From the IMG/VR virus record IMGVR_UViG_2521172733_000013: DNA of 39,572 nt; one strand, 5' to 3'. Every line of letters starts with the position of its first letter. Position 1 is the first letter of the stretch. Origin of the DNA: a virus. Taxonomy: Duplodnaviria > Heunggongvirae > Uroviricota > Caudoviricetes. Position numbers and translations under genes: made by a program. Below, piece after piece: positions 8,385-17,015 of this stretch. The notes beneath the pieces are model-generated. The model saw only the letters and a program-made list of their open reading frames with translations, did no database searches and was not told where the DNA came from.

Positions 8385-8406
8385 TGTAGAAAGACTGGAT
8401 CAATCC
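8343..8406 (-). ncRNA. Predicted OOP-like antisense RNA (pO promoter to terminator inside the cII 3' end)
   Basis: Minus-strand promoter-like -35 TTGAGT / -10 CATAAT just inside the O start; minus-strand hairpin (plus 8351-8380, 7-bp stem GCCTCAA/TTGAGGC) followed by UUUUCUUUU; same arrangement as lambda oop. Confidence 0.45.
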
Positions 8407-8418
8407 ACAGGAGTCATT

Positions 8419-9318
8419 ATGACAAATACAGCAAAAATACTCAACTTCGGCAGAGGTAACTTTGCCGGACAGGAGCGTAATGTGGCAGATCTCGATGATG
8501 GTTACGCCAGACTATCAAATATGCTGCTTGAGGCTTATTCAGGCGCAGATCTGACCAAGCGACAGTTTAAAGTGCTGCTTGCCATTCTGCGTAAAACCTA
8601 TGGGTGGAATAAACCAATGGACAGAATCACCGATTCTCAACTTAGCGAGATTACAAAGTTACCTGTCAAACGGTGCAATGAAGCCAAGTTAGAACTCGTC
8701 AGAATGAATATTATCAAGCAACAAGGCGGCATGTTTGGACCAAATAAAAACATCTCAGAATGGTGTATCCCTCAAAACGAGGGAAAATCCCCTAAAACGA
8801 GGGATAAAACATCCCTCAAATTGGGGGATTGCTATCCCTCAAAACAGGGGGACACAAAAGACACTATTACAAAAGAAAAAAGAAAAGATTATTCGTTCGA
8901 GAATTCTGGCGAATCCTCTGACCAGCCAGAAAACGATCTTTCTGTGGTTAAACCGGATGCTGCAATTCAGAGCGGCAGCAAGTGGGGGACAGCAGAAGAC
9001 CTGACCGCCGCAGAGTGGATGTTTGACATGGTGAAGACTATCGCACCATCAGCCAGAAAACCGAATTTTGCTGGGTGGGCTAACGATATCCGTCTGATGC
9101 GTGAACGTGACGGACGTAACCATCGCGACATGTGTGTACTGTTCCGCTGGGCATGCCAGGACAACTTCTGGTCCGGTAACGTGCTTAGCCCGGCCAAACT
9201 CCGCGACAAGTGGACCCAGCTCGAAATCAACCGTAACAAGCAACAGGCAGTCGTGACAGCCAGCAAACCAAAACTGGACCTGACAAACACAGACTGGATT
9301 TACGGGGTGGATCTATGA
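8419..9318 (+). CDS. O: Replication initiator O
   Basis: 299-aa ORF from the ATG at 8419 matching lambda O (MTNTAKILNFGRGNFAGQERNVADLDDGYARLSNMLLEAYSG...); contains the ori iterons. Confidence 0.95.
   Translation: MTNTAKILNFGRGNFAGQERNVADLDDGYARLSNMLLEAYSGADLTKRQFKVLLAILRKTYGWNKPMDRITDSQLSEITKLPVKRCNEAKLELVRMNIIKQQGGMFGPNKNISEWCIPQNEGKSPKTRDKTSLKLGDCYPSKQGDTKDTITKEKRKDYSFENSGESSDQPENDLSVVKPDAAIQSGSKWGTAEDLTAAEWMFDMVKTIAPSARKPNFAGWANDIRLMRERDGRNHRDMCVLFRWACQDNFWSGNVLSPAKLRDKWTQLEINRNKQQAVVTASKPKLDLTNTDWIYGVDL
8766..8895. repeat. ori-lambda: four iterons plus adjacent AT-rich region inside O
   Basis: Four direct ~19-bp repeats of the ATCCCTCAAAACGAGGGA type (8767-8852) followed by an A-rich stretch (ACAAAAGAAAAAAGAAAAGATTATT). 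Confidence 0.85.
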
Positions 9319-10016
9319 AAAACATCGCCGCACAGATGGTTAACTTTGACCGTGAGCAGATGCGTCGGATCGCCAACAACATGCCGGAACAGTACGACGA
9401 AAAGCCGCAGGTACAGCAGGTAGCGCAGATCATCAACGGTGTGTTCAGCCAGTTACTGGCAACTTTCCCGGCGAGTCTGGCTAACCGTGACCAGAACGAA
9501 CTGAACGAAATCCGCCGCCAGTGGGTTCTGGCTTTCCGGGAAAACGGGATCACCACAATGGAACAGGTTAACGCAGGAATGCGCGTAGCCCGTCGGCAGA
9601 ATCGACCATTTCTGCCATCACCCGGGCAGTTTGTTGCATGGTGCCGGGAAGAAGCATCCGTTATCGCCGGACTGCCAAACGTCAGCGAGCTGGTTGATAT
9701 GGTTTACGAGTATTGCCGGAAGCGAGGCCTGTATCCGGATGCAGAGTCTTATCCGTGGAAATCGAACGCGCACTACTGGCTGGTTACCAACCTGTACCAG
9801 AACATGCGGGCCAATGCGCTGACTGACGCGGAATTACGACGCAAGGCTGCCGATGAACTGACCTGTATGACAGCGCGAATTAACCGTGGTGAGACGATAC
9901 CTGAACCAGTAAAACAACTTCCTGTCATGGGCGGCAGACCCCTAAATCGTGTTCAGGCGCTGGCGAAGATCGCAGAAATTAAAGCTAAGTTCGGACTGAA
10001 AGGAGCAAGTGTATGA
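9315..10016 (+). CDS. P: Replication protein P (DnaB helicase loader)
   Basis: 233-aa ORF matching lambda P (MKNIAAQMVNFDREQMRRIANNMPEQYDEKPQVQQVAQIINGVFSQLL...). Confidence 0.95.
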   Translation: MKNIAAQMVNFDREQMRRIANNMPEQYDEKPQVQQVAQIINGVFSQLLATFPASLANRDQNELNEIRRQWVLAFRENGITTMEQVNAGMRVARRQNRPFLPSPGQFVAWCREEASVIAGLPNVSELVDMVYEYCRKRGLYPDAESYPWKSNAHYWLVTNLYQNMRANALTDAELRRKAADELTCMTARINRGETIPEPVKQLPVMGGRPLNRVQALAKIAEIKAKFGLKGASV

Positions 10017-10303
10017 CGGGCAAAGAGGCAATTATTCATTACCTGGGGACGCATAATAGCTTCTGTGCGCCGGACGTTGCCGCGCTAACAGGCGCAACAG
10101 TAACCAGCATAAATCAGGCCGCAGCTAAAATGGCACGGGCAGGTCTTCTGGTTATCGAAGGTAAGGTCTGGCGAACGGTGTATTACCGGTTTGCTACCAA
10201 GGAAGAACGGGAAGGAAAGATGAGCACGAACCTGATTTTTAAGGAGTGTCGCCAGAGTGCCACGATGAAACGGATATTGGCGGTATATGGAGTTAAAAGA
10301 TGA
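10013..10303 (+). CDS. ren: Ren (Rex exclusion protein)
   Basis: 96-aa ORF matching lambda Ren (MTGKEAIIHYLGTHNSFCAPDVAALTGATVTSINQAAAKMARAG...). Confidence 0.9.
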   Translation: MTGKEAIIHYLGTHNSFCAPDVAALTGATVTSINQAAAKMARAGLLVIEGKVWRTVYYRFATKEEREGKMSTNLIFKECRQSATMKRILAVYGVKR

Positions 10304-10376
10304 CCATCTACATCACTGAGCTAATAACAGGCCTGCAGGTAATCGCAGGCCTTTTTATTTGGGGGAGAGGGAAGTC

Positions 10377-10817
10377 ATGAAAAAACTAACCTTTGAAATT
10401 CGATCTCCGGCACATCAGCAAAACGCTATTCACGCAGTACAGCAAATCCTTCCAGACCCAACCAAACCAATCGTAGTAACCATTCAGGAACGCAACCGCA
10501 GCTTAGACCAAAACAGGAAGCTATGGGCCTGCTTAGGTGACGTCTCTCGTCAGGTTGAATGGCATGGTCGCTGGCTGGATGCAGAAAGCTGGAAGTGTGT
10601 GTTTACCGCAGCATTAAAGCAGCAGGATGTTGTTCCTAACCTTGCCGGGAATGGCTTTGTGGTAATAGGCCAGTCAACCAGCAGGATGCGTGTAAGCGAA
10701 TTTGCGGATCTATTAGAGCTTATACAGGCATTCGGTACAGAGCGTGGCGTTAAGTGGTCAGACGAAGCGCGACTGGCTCTCGAATGGAAAGCGCGATGGG
10801 GAGATCGGGCTGCATGA
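10377..10817 (+). CDS. ninB: NinB (recombination mediator)
   Basis: 146-aa ORF from MKKLTFEIRSPAHQQNAIHAVQQ..., matching lambda NinB. Confidence 0.9.
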   Translation: MKKLTFEIRSPAHQQNAIHAVQQILPDPTKPIVVTIQERNRSLDQNRKLWACLGDVSRQVEWHGRWLDAESWKCVFTAALKQQDVVPNLAGNGFVVIGQSTSRMRVSEFADLLELIQAFGTERGVKWSDEARLALEWKARWGDRAA

Positions 10818-11341
10818 CTATCAAATCAAATACGCCAGCACACGACAAGGACTGCTGGCAAACGCCGCTTTGGCTTTTTGATGCACTGGATATTGAGTTT
10901 GGATTCTGGCTGGATTCGGCAGCGAGCGACAAAAATGCTCTGTGCGCTCACTGGCTAACTGAGGACGACGACGCGCTCAATTCTGAGTGGGTAAGCCACG
11001 GTGCAATCTGGAATAACCCACCGTACAGCAATATCAGGCCGTGGGTGGAAAAAGCCGCTGAGCAGTGTATACAACAGCGACAGACGGTAGTGATGCTTGT
11101 GCCAGAGGATATGTCTGTCGGATGGTTCAGCAAGGCTCTGGAGAGTGTTGACGAAGTTCGTATTATCACTGATGGACGGATTAATTTTATCGAACCATCG
11201 ACAGGGCTGGAGAAGAAGGGAAACAGCAAAGGCTCCATGCTGCTGATTTGGCGACCGTTCATCAGTCCTCGACGGATGTTTACTACCGTATCCAAAGCGG
11301 CATTGATGGCGATCGGGCAGGGCGTCAGGAGGGCTGCATGA
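10814..11341 (+). CDS. Phage Dam-family DNA N6-adenine methyltransferase (orphan)
   Basis: 175-aa ORF with NPPY motif ([14 protein letters not shown]); start ATG overlaps the ninB stop (ATGA) and stop overlaps the ninE start; occupies the position of lambda ninC/ninD. Confidence 0.75.
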   Translation: MTIKSNTPAHDKDCWQTPLWLFDALDIEFGFWLDSAASDKNALCAHWLTEDDDALNSEWVSHGAIWNNPPYSNIRPWVEKAAEQCIQQRQTVVMLVPEDMSVGWFSKALESVDEVRIITDGRINFIEPSTGLEKKGNSKGSMLLIWRPFISPRRMFTTVSKAALMAIGQGVRRAA

Positions 11342-11520
11342 GACGACAGCGACGAAGCATCACCGACATAATCTGCGAAAACTGCAAATACCTTCCAACG
11401 AAACGCTCCAGAAATAAACGCAAGCCAATCCCAAAAGAATCTGACGTAAAAACCTTCAACTACACGGCTCACCTGTGGGATATCCGGTGGCTAAGACATC
11501 GTGCGAGGAATACAAGGTGA
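11338..11520 (+). CDS. ninE: NinE
   Basis: 60-aa [55 protein letters not shown]..., matching lambda NinE. Confidence 0.85.
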   Translation: MRRQRRSITDIICENCKYLPTKRSRNKRKPIPKESDVKTFNYTAHLWDIRWLRHRARNTR

Positions 11521-11687
11521 TTGACCCAAATCGAAGTTACGAACAAGAAAGCGTCGAGCGGGCTTTAACGTGCGCTAATTGCGGTCAGAAGCTGCATTTG
11601 CTGGAAGTTCACGTGTGTGAGCACTGCTGTGCAGAGCTGATGAGCGATTCGAATAGCTCGATGCACGAGGAAGAAGATGATGGCTAA
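11517..11687 (+). CDS. ninF: NinF
   Basis: In-frame GTG at 11517 gives a 56-aa product ([26 protein letters not shown]...EEDDG) matching lambda NinF; track ORF extends upstream to an ATG at 11475. Confidence 0.7.
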   Translation: MIDPNRSYEQESVERALTCANCGQKLHLLEVHVCEHCCAELMSDSNSSMHEEEDDG

Positions 11688-12291
11688 ACCAGCGCGAAGA
11701 CGATGTAAAAACGATGAATGTCGGGAATGGTTTCACCCTGCATTCGCTAATCAGTGGTCGTGCTCTCCAGAGTGTGGAACCAAGATAGCACTCGAACGAC
11801 GAAGTAAAGAACGCGAAAAAGCGGAAAAAGCAGCAGAGAAGAAACGACGACGAGAGGAGCAGAAACAGAAAGATAAACTTAAGATTCGAAAACTCGCCTT
11901 AAAGCCCCGCAGTTACTGGATTAAACAAGCCCAACAAGCCGTAAACGCCTTCATCAGAGAAAGAGACCGCGACTTACCATGTATCTCGTGCGGAACGCTC
12001 ACGTCTGCTCAGTGGGATGCCGGACATTACCGGACAACTGCTGCGGCACCTCAACTCCGATTTGATGAACGCAATATTCACAAGCAATGCGTGGTGTGCA
12101 ACCAGCACAAAAGCGGAAATCTCGTTCCGTATCGCGTCGAACTGATTAGCCGCATCGGGCAGGAAGCAGTAGACGAAATCGAATCAAACCATAACCGCCA
12201 TCGCTGGACTGTCGAAGAGTGCAAGGCGATCAAGGCAGAGTACCAACAGAAACTCAAAGACCTGCGAAACAGCAGAAGTGAGGCTGCATGA
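11677..12291 (+). CDS. ninG: NinG / Rap (recombination-associated protein)
   Basis: 204-aa ORF matching lambda NinG ([27 protein letters not shown]...), cysteine-rich. Confidence 0.9.
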   Translation: MMAKPARRRCKNDECREWFHPAFANQWSCSPECGTKIALERRSKEREKAEKAAEKKRRREEQKQKDKLKIRKLALKPRSYWIKQAQQAVNAFIRERDRDLPCISCGTLTSAQWDAGHYRTTAAAPQLRFDERNIHKQCVVCNQHKSGNLVPYRVELISRIGQEAVDEIESNHNRHRWTVEECKAIKAEYQQKLKDLRNSRSEAA

Positions 12292-12959
12292 ATATCTACG
12301 AAAGAATTGATGGCAGCAAATACCGAAATATTTGGGTAGCTGGCGACCTGCACGGATGCTACACGAACCTGATGAACAAACTGGATACGATTGGATTCGA
12401 CAACAAAAAAGACCTGCTCATCTCGGTTGGCGATTTGGTTGATCGCGGTACAGAGAACGTCGAATGTCTGGAATTAATCACATTCCCCTGGTTCAGAGCT
12501 GTACGTGGAAACCATGAGCAAATGATGATTGATGGCTTATCAGAGCGTGGAAACGTTAATCACTGGCTGCTTAATGGCGGTGGCTGGTTCTTTAATCTCG
12601 ATTACGACAAAGAGACTCTGGCTAAAGTTCTTGCCCATAAAGCAGAAGAACTTCCGTTAATCATCGAACTGGTGAGCAAAGATAAAAAATATGTCATTTG
12701 CCACGCCGATTATCCTTGTAACGAATACGAATTTGGAAAGCCAGTTGATCCTCAGCAGGTAATCTGGAACCGCGAACGAATCGGCAACTCACAAGACGGG
12801 ATCGTGAAAGAAATCAAAGGCGCGGACACGTTCATCTTTGGTCATACGCCAGCAGTGAAACCACTCAAATTTGCCAACCAGATGTATATCGATACCGGCG
12901 CAGTGTTCTGCGGAAACCTCACATTGATTCAGGTACAGGGAGAAGTCGCATGGGTATAA
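12288..12959 (+). CDS. Ser/Thr protein phosphatase (PP-lambda / NinI-like metallophosphoesterase)
   Basis: 223-aa ORF with metallophosphatase motifs (GDLHGCY, GDLVDRG, GNHE); resembles lambda NinI; no ninH-like ORF precedes it. Confidence 0.85.
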   Translation: MNIYERIDGSKYRNIWVAGDLHGCYTNLMNKLDTIGFDNKKDLLISVGDLVDRGTENVECLELITFPWFRAVRGNHEQMMIDGLSERGNVNHWLLNGGGWFFNLDYDKETLAKVLAHKAEELPLIIELVSKDKKYVICHADYPCNEYEFGKPVDPQQVIWNRERIGNSQDGIVKEIKGADTFIFGHTPAVKPLKFANQMYIDTGAVFCGNLTLIQVQGEVAWV

Positions 12960-13468
12960 GAGAGCTAAACCTCACCAAAGAGCAGCACGAGTGGCTGAAT
13001 GGCTGGCTTGAACTGTGGGGCGCATGGGTTTATTCAGGTCGTTTGGAAAAGCGCATGAGCAGCGTAATAGCGAAGTTCATGGAGAGCGTAGAGCCGGGAA
13101 GAGTTATGACAAGGCCAATGTGCAATGATGATGATGGAATGTTGATTTCTCAGGTCGTCGATTCCGTCATGTGCATTGACAAGAAAGCCTTTGGCATCCT
13201 CCTCAGCTACTACGCTCATGGTTCATCTAAGCGAGCAATTGCATCCTACTATCACGCGACTGCAAAGCCACGCAAGATGTGTGGACGTGGTGGCGAGGGA
13301 TGGAGAAAACCTTCACTGGCAACCTGTAGAAATGAAATTGACGACATCCTGAAAGCATCATTATTTGTTTTGTACCAACCAATGCAAAATGCTTTCAAAA
13401 TGCGTAAACGTGTTGAGAAAGTTAAACATGTTGCTGTTAAAAGTCTTGACATGCAATTAGCCAATTAG
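12950..13468 (+). CDS. Q: Late-gene antiterminator Q (phage 21/82 type, not lambda Q)
   Basis: 172-aa ORF at the end of the nin region, directly upstream of the pR'-like promoter; LELWGAWV and [11 protein letters not shown] motifs as in non-lambda Q proteins. Confidence 0.75.
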   Translation: MGIRELNLTKEQHEWLNGWLELWGAWVYSGRLEKRMSSVIAKFMESVEPGRVMTRPMCNDDDGMLISQVVDSVMCIDKKAFGILLSYYAHGSSKRAIASYYHATAKPRKMCGRGGEGWRKPSLATCRNEIDDILKASLFVLYQPMQNAFKMRKRVEKVKHVAVKSLDMQLAN

Positions 13469-13475
13469 CCATAAT
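13446..13475 (+). promoter_or_regulatory. pR'-like late promoter (qut region) overlapping the Q 3' end
   Basis: TTGACA at 13446-13451, 18-bp spacer, CATAAT at 13470-13475; followed by an imperfect hairpin and U-run (13521-13530) that could act as tR'. Confidence 0.5.
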
Positions 13476-13530
13476 TAGAAGGTAAGCTGCCGTTAGTGAC
13501 TCTTAAGTTGCAACGGTGGCTTTTTTATTT

Positions 13531-13605
13531 GGGTCAGTCGTATAAAGGTCATTATGGAAGGCTGATAACCTTCTTATCGTGGTTCGAGTTCACGCTGTCC
13601 CGCCA
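13531..13605 (+). tRNA. tRNA-like gene, anticodon GAU (Ile), with one acceptor-stem mismatch
   Basis: Hand-folded cloverleaf: anticodon stem GAAGG/CCTTC with loop CUGAUAA, T-arm CGTGG-TTCGAGT-TCACG, U8, G18G19, 3' CCA; acceptor GGGTCAG/CTGTCCC has a U-U mismatch at 4:69 and the D-stem is weak. Confidence 0.5.
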
Positions 13606-13610
13606 AACAT

Positions 13611-13686
13611 GCTGGTTTAGCTCCAATGGTAGAGCAGTCGCCTTGTAAGCGAATGGGTAGCGGTTCAAGTCCGTTAACCAGCACCA
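13611..13686 (+). tRNA. tRNA-Thr (anticodon UGU)
   Basis: Hand-folded cloverleaf: perfect 7-bp acceptor GCTGGTT/AACCAGC, D-arm GCTC-CAATGGTA-GAGC, anticodon loop CUUGUAA, T-arm AGCGG-TTCAAGT-CCGTT, discriminator A and encoded CCA. Confidence 0.75.
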
Positions 13687-13803
13687 TAACTGAGCCGGAG
13701 CCACTGGCTGTCCTGAATTCATCAGTGATAGTTATGCTGCGGCCTTCTTTTTCCCCTTCCCAATATAAGAACTACGCAATCCGTTACTGGCGGAGGCGTT
13801 GCT

Positions 13804-14019
13804 ATGAAATCAATGGACAAAATCTCAACTGGCATTGCCTACGGAACATCTGCTGGTAGTGCGGGATACTGGTTTTTGCAGTGGTTGGATCAGGTCAGTC
13901 CGTCACAGTGGGCTGCGATTGGTGTACTGGGGAGTCTGATTCTGGGCTTCCTGACTTATCTGACAAATCTGTACTTCAAAATCAGAGAAGACAAGCGTAA
14001 GGCTGCACGGGGAGAGTAA
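13804..14019 (+). CDS. S: Pinholin, S21 type (dual-start holin/antiholin)
   Basis: 71-aa [74 protein letters not shown], matching phage 21 S / DLP12 EssD as I recall; two TM segments; dual starts at M1 and M4. Confidence 0.9.
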   Translation: MKSMDKISTGIAYGTSAGSAGYWFLQWLDQVSPSQWAAIGVLGSLILGFLTYLTNLYFKIREDKRKAARGE

Positions 14020-14023
14020 TTCA

Positions 14024-14368
14024 ATGACTCAAAACTATGAACTGATTGTGAAAGGGATCCGCAATTTTGAGAATAAAGTTGCGGTAACTGTAGCATTACG
14101 GGACAAAAAACGCTTTGACGGTGAAATTTTTGACCTGGACATCTCGCTGGACCGTGTTGAAGGTGCCGCGCTGGAGTTTTATGAGGCGGCAGCCAGAAGG
14201 AGCATCAGACAGGTCTTCCTGGATGTTGCTGCCGGGTTATGTGGAGGGGATGAGCAGTCGCCGGAAAAGCGCCCCATAATTTTAGAGGCGCAGAGTGTGT
14301 GGATAACCTACAAAGGAAAACTGCCGGGAAGAATTACTGGTTCACTGAAGACTCCGCCGAAATGGTAA
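14024..14368 (+). CDS. Hypothetical protein, YdfR-like (DUF1327-like N-terminal region) with divergent C-terminus
   Basis: 114-aa ORF between holin and endolysin; N-terminal ~75 aa resemble my recollection of Qin-prophage YdfR (MTQxYELxVKGxRNFENKVxVTVAL...FDGEIFDLD...VEGAALEFYEAAARRS); 3' end overlaps a convergent ORF. Confidence 0.55.
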   Translation: MTQNYELIVKGIRNFENKVAVTVALRDKKRFDGEIFDLDISLDRVEGAALEFYEAAARRSIRQVFLDVAAGLCGGDEQSPEKRPIILEAQSVWITYKGKLPGRITGSLKTPPKW

Positions 14369-14606
14369 TTTCACCAGCATATTTTTCCTCCATTAATACC
14401 GCCAGCCACTTGAAAGAATTTTGTTGTTGCTGGGACCATTTGGGATTGAGTGATTCAAGCTGGAGCGATGCCAGTGTTGGTTGCATTTGTTCCTTGGGAA
14501 TTGAGAATGCCAGATATGAAAATGCGACAGTAAGGGCATTTACATCATCCCGAAGCTTGGAAATGCAGTCGAGCAACTCCTGTAGAGAAATGGTGCTATT
14601 GTCCAT
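14334..14606 (-). CDS. Hypothetical protein encoded antisense within the lysis cassette
   Basis: 90-aa ORF from the ATG at 14606 with a GAGAGG RBS 7 nt upstream; product MDNSTISLQELLDCISKLRDDVNALTVAFSYLAFSIPKEQ... is helical in character; convergent with the ydfR-like gene. Confidence 0.45.
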   Translation of the reverse strand: MDNSTISLQELLDCISKLRDDVNALTVAFSYLAFSIPKEQMQPTLASLQLESLNPKWSQQQQNSFKWLAVLMEEKYAGEITISAESSVNQ

Positions 14607-14711
14607 AAACAATCCTCTCTATTGTATTTAACTATTCCTTGCCTGATTCAACAGGCCGGGACAGATAAACATATCCAGGGTTCAGAAACCGATAAATCCT
14701 GATAAATATCC

Positions 14712-15245
14712 ATGAACGCAAAAATCAGATACGGCCTGTCGGCTACTGTACTAGTGCTGATTGGTGCAGGCGCGTCTGCTCCGCAAATACTTGACCAGTT
14801 TCTGGACGAAAAAGAAGGTAACCACACAACGGCATACCGTGATGGTTCCGGCATCTGGACCATCTGTCGGGGTGCCACGATGGTGGATGGAAAACCCGTT
14901 TTTCCCGGTATGAAACTGTCGAAGGAAAAATGCGACCAGGTTAACGCCATTGAACGTGATAAGGCGCTGGCATGGGTGGAACGTAATATTAAAGTACCAC
15001 TGACCGAACCACAAAAAGCGGGTATCGCGTCGTTTTGCCCCTATAACATTGGCCCCGGTAAGTGTTTCCCGTCGACGTTTTATAAGCGGCTTAATGCCGG
15101 TGATCGTAAAGGTGCCTGTGAGTCGATTCGCTGGTGGATTAAGGACGGTGGGCGTGATTGCCGCACACGTTCAAATAACTGCTACGGACAGGTTATTCGT
15201 CGTGACCAGGAAAGCGCATTAGCTTGTTGGGGGATAGATCAGTGA
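14712..15245 (+). CDS. R: SAR endolysin (phage lysozyme, R21 / RrrD-like)
   Basis: 177-aa ORF with N-terminal signal-anchor-release segment ([16 protein letters not shown]) and lysozyme core; resembles DLP12 RrrD / phage 21 R as I recall. Confidence 0.9.
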   Translation: MNAKIRYGLSATVLVLIGAGASAPQILDQFLDEKEGNHTTAYRDGSGIWTICRGATMVDGKPVFPGMKLSKEKCDQVNAIERDKALAWVERNIKVPLTEPQKAGIASFCPYNIGPGKCFPSTFYKRLNAGDRKGACESIRWWIKDGGRDCRTRSNNCYGQVIRRDQESALACWGIDQ

Positions 15246-15703
15246 GAAGAGTAGCCGCGATTATCTCCGCTCTGGTTATCTGCATCATCGTCTGCCTGTC
15301 TTGGGCTGTTAATCATTACCGTGATAACGCCATTACCTACAAAGCCCAGCGCGACAAAAATGCCAGAGAACTGAAGCTGGCGAACGCGGCAATTACTGAC
15401 ATGCAGATGCGTCAGCGTGATGTTGCTGCGCTCGATGCAAAATACACGAAGGAGTTAGCTGATGCTAAAGCTGAAAATGATGCTCTGCGTGATGATGTTG
15501 CCGCTGGTCGTCGTCGGTTGCACATCAAAGCAGTCTGTCAGTCAGTGCGTGAAGCCACCACCGCCTCCGGCGTGGATAATGCAGCCTCCCCCCGACTGGC
15601 AGACACCGCTGAACGGGATTATTTCACCCTCAGAGAGAGGCTGATCACTATGCAAAAACAACTGGAAGGAACCCAGAAGTATATTAATGAGCAGTGCAGA
15701 TAG
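15242..15703 (+). CDS. Rz: i-spanin Rz
   Basis: 153-aa product from the GTG at 15242 overlapping the R stop; N-terminal TM segment ([19 protein letters not shown]) and coiled-coil periplasmic domain; matches lambda-type Rz. Confidence 0.85.
   Translation: MRRVAAIISALVICIIVCLSWAVNHYRDNAITYKAQRDKNARELKLANAAITDMQMRQRDVAALDAKYTKELADAKAENDALRDDVAAGRRRLHIKAVCQSVREATTASGVDNAASPRLADTAERDYFTLRERLITMQKQLEGTQKYINEQCR
15462..15644 (+). CDS. Rz1: o-spanin Rz1 (lipoprotein embedded in Rz, +1 frame)
   Basis: 60-aa ORF with signal peptide and lipobox (LVVVGC), proline-rich ([15 protein letters not shown]); entirely nested inside Rz. Confidence 0.85.
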   Translation: MLKLKMMLCVMMLPLVVVGCTSKQSVSQCVKPPPPPAWIMQPPPDWQTPLNGIISPSERG

Positions 15704-15727
15704 AGTTGCCCATATCGATGGGCAACT
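15704..15727. terminator. Bidirectional hairpin terminator between Rz and bor
   Basis: AGTTGCCCATATCGATGGGCAACT, an 8-bp perfect stem between convergent genes. Confidence 0.55.
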
Positions 15728-15734
15728 CATGCAA

Positions 15735-16028
15735 TTATTGTGAGCAATACACACGCGCTTCCAGCGGAGTATAAATGCCTAAAGTAATAAAACCGAGCAA
15801 TCCATTTACGAATGTTTGCTGGGTTTCTGTTTTAACAACATTTTCTGCGCCGCCACAAATTTTGGCTGCATCGACAGTTTTCTTCTGCCCAATTCCAGAG
15901 ACGAAGAAATGGTGAGTGATGGTTTCCTTTGGTGTTACTGCTGCTGGTTTGTTTTGAACAGTAAACGTCTGTTGGGCACATCCTGTAATAAGCAGGGCCA
16001 GCGCAGTAGCGAGTAGCATTTTTTTCAT
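15735..16028 (-). CDS. bor: Bor lipoprotein (serum-resistance moron)
   Basis: 97-aa ORF MKKMLLATALALLITGCAQQTFTVQNKPAAV... with lipoprotein signal and lipobox ITGC; matches lambda Bor. Confidence 0.9.
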   Translation of the reverse strand: MKKMLLATALALLITGCAQQTFTVQNKPAAVTPKETITHHFFVSGIGQKKTVDAAKICGGAENVVKTETQQTFVNGLLGFITLGIYTPLEARVYCSQ

Positions 16029-16319
16029 GGTGTTATTCCCGATGCTTTTTAAAGTTCGCAGAATCGTATGTGTAGAAAATTAAACAAACCCTAAACAATG
16101 AGTTGAAATCTCATATTGTTAATATTTATTAATGTATGTCAGATGCGAAGGATCGTCACTGTATTCCCGGATTAACTATGTCCGCAGCCCTGACAGGGAA
16201 ACTCCTCTGCGGGAGTGTCCGGGAATAATTAATAACGATGCACACAGGGTTTAGCGCGTACACGTATTGCATTATGCCAACGCCCCGGTGCTGACACGGA
16301 AGAAACCGGACGTTATGAT

Positions 16320-16853
16320 TTAGCGTGGAAAGATTTGTGTAGTGTTCTGAATGCTCTCAGTAAATAGTAATGAATTATCAAAGGCATAGTAATATCTTTT
16401 ATGTTCGTGGATATTTGTAACCCATCGGAAAACTCCTGCTTTAGCAAGATTTTCCCTGTATTGCTGAAATGTGATTTCTCTTGATTTCAACCTATCATAG
16501 GACGTTTCTATAAGATGCGTATTTCTTGAGAATTTAACATTTACAACCTTTTTAAGTCCTTTTATTAACACAGTGTTATCGTTTTCTAACACAATGTGAA
16601 TATTATCTGTGGCTAGATAGTAAATATAATGTGAGACATTGTGACGTTTTAGTTCAGAATAAAACAATTCACAGTTTAAATCTTTTCGCACTTGATCGAA
16701 TATTTCTTTAAAAATGGCAACCTGAGCCATTGGTAAAACCTTCCATGTGATACGAGGGCGCGTAGTTTGCATTATCGTTTTTATCGTTTCAATCTGGTCT
16801 GACCTCTTTGTGTTTTGTTGATGATTTATGTCAAATATTAGGAATGTTTTCAA
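16320..16853 (-). CDS. Hypothetical protein (lambda right-end ORF; YbcV-like)
   Basis: 177-aa ORF in a visibly AT-rich segment between bor and cos; colinear with a lambda right-end hypothetical ORF as I recall. Confidence 0.6.
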   Translation of the reverse strand: MKTFLIFDINHQQNTKRSDQIETIKTIMQTTRPRITWKVLPMAQVAIFKEIFDQVRKDLNCELFYSELKRHNVSHYIYYLATDNIHIVLENDNTVLIKGLKKVVNVKFSRNTHLIETSYDRLKSREITFQQYRENLAKAGVFRWVTNIHEHKRYYYAFDNSLLFTESIQNTTQIFPR

Positions 16854-17015
16854 TTAATAGTATTGGTTGCGTAACAAAGTGCGGTCCTGCTGGCATTCTG
16901 GAGGGAAATACAACCGACAGATGTATGTAAGGCCAACGTGCTCAAATCTTCATACAGAAAGATTTGAAGTAATATTTTAACCGCTAGATGAAGAGCAAGC
17001 GCATGGAGCGACAAA

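Noticed and set aside
10948-11472. 174-aa ORF antisense to the Dam-like methyltransferase and ninE
   Set aside because: The sense-strand genes are translationally coupled and domain-supported; the antisense ORF is Ser/Ala-rich with no recognisable features.
13626-13859. 77-aa ORF overlapping tRNA-Thr and the holin start
   Set aside because: Runs through a convincing tRNA cloverleaf and the S gene start in another frame; no RBS.
14299-14631. 110-aa plus-strand ORF overlapping the ydfR-like 3' end
   Set aside because: Low-complexity, Cys/Ser-rich translation (…CCCWDHLGLSDSSWSD…), no RBS, and it competes with a minus-strand ORF that has a good RBS. A frameshifted longer ydfR-family gene cannot be fully excluded.
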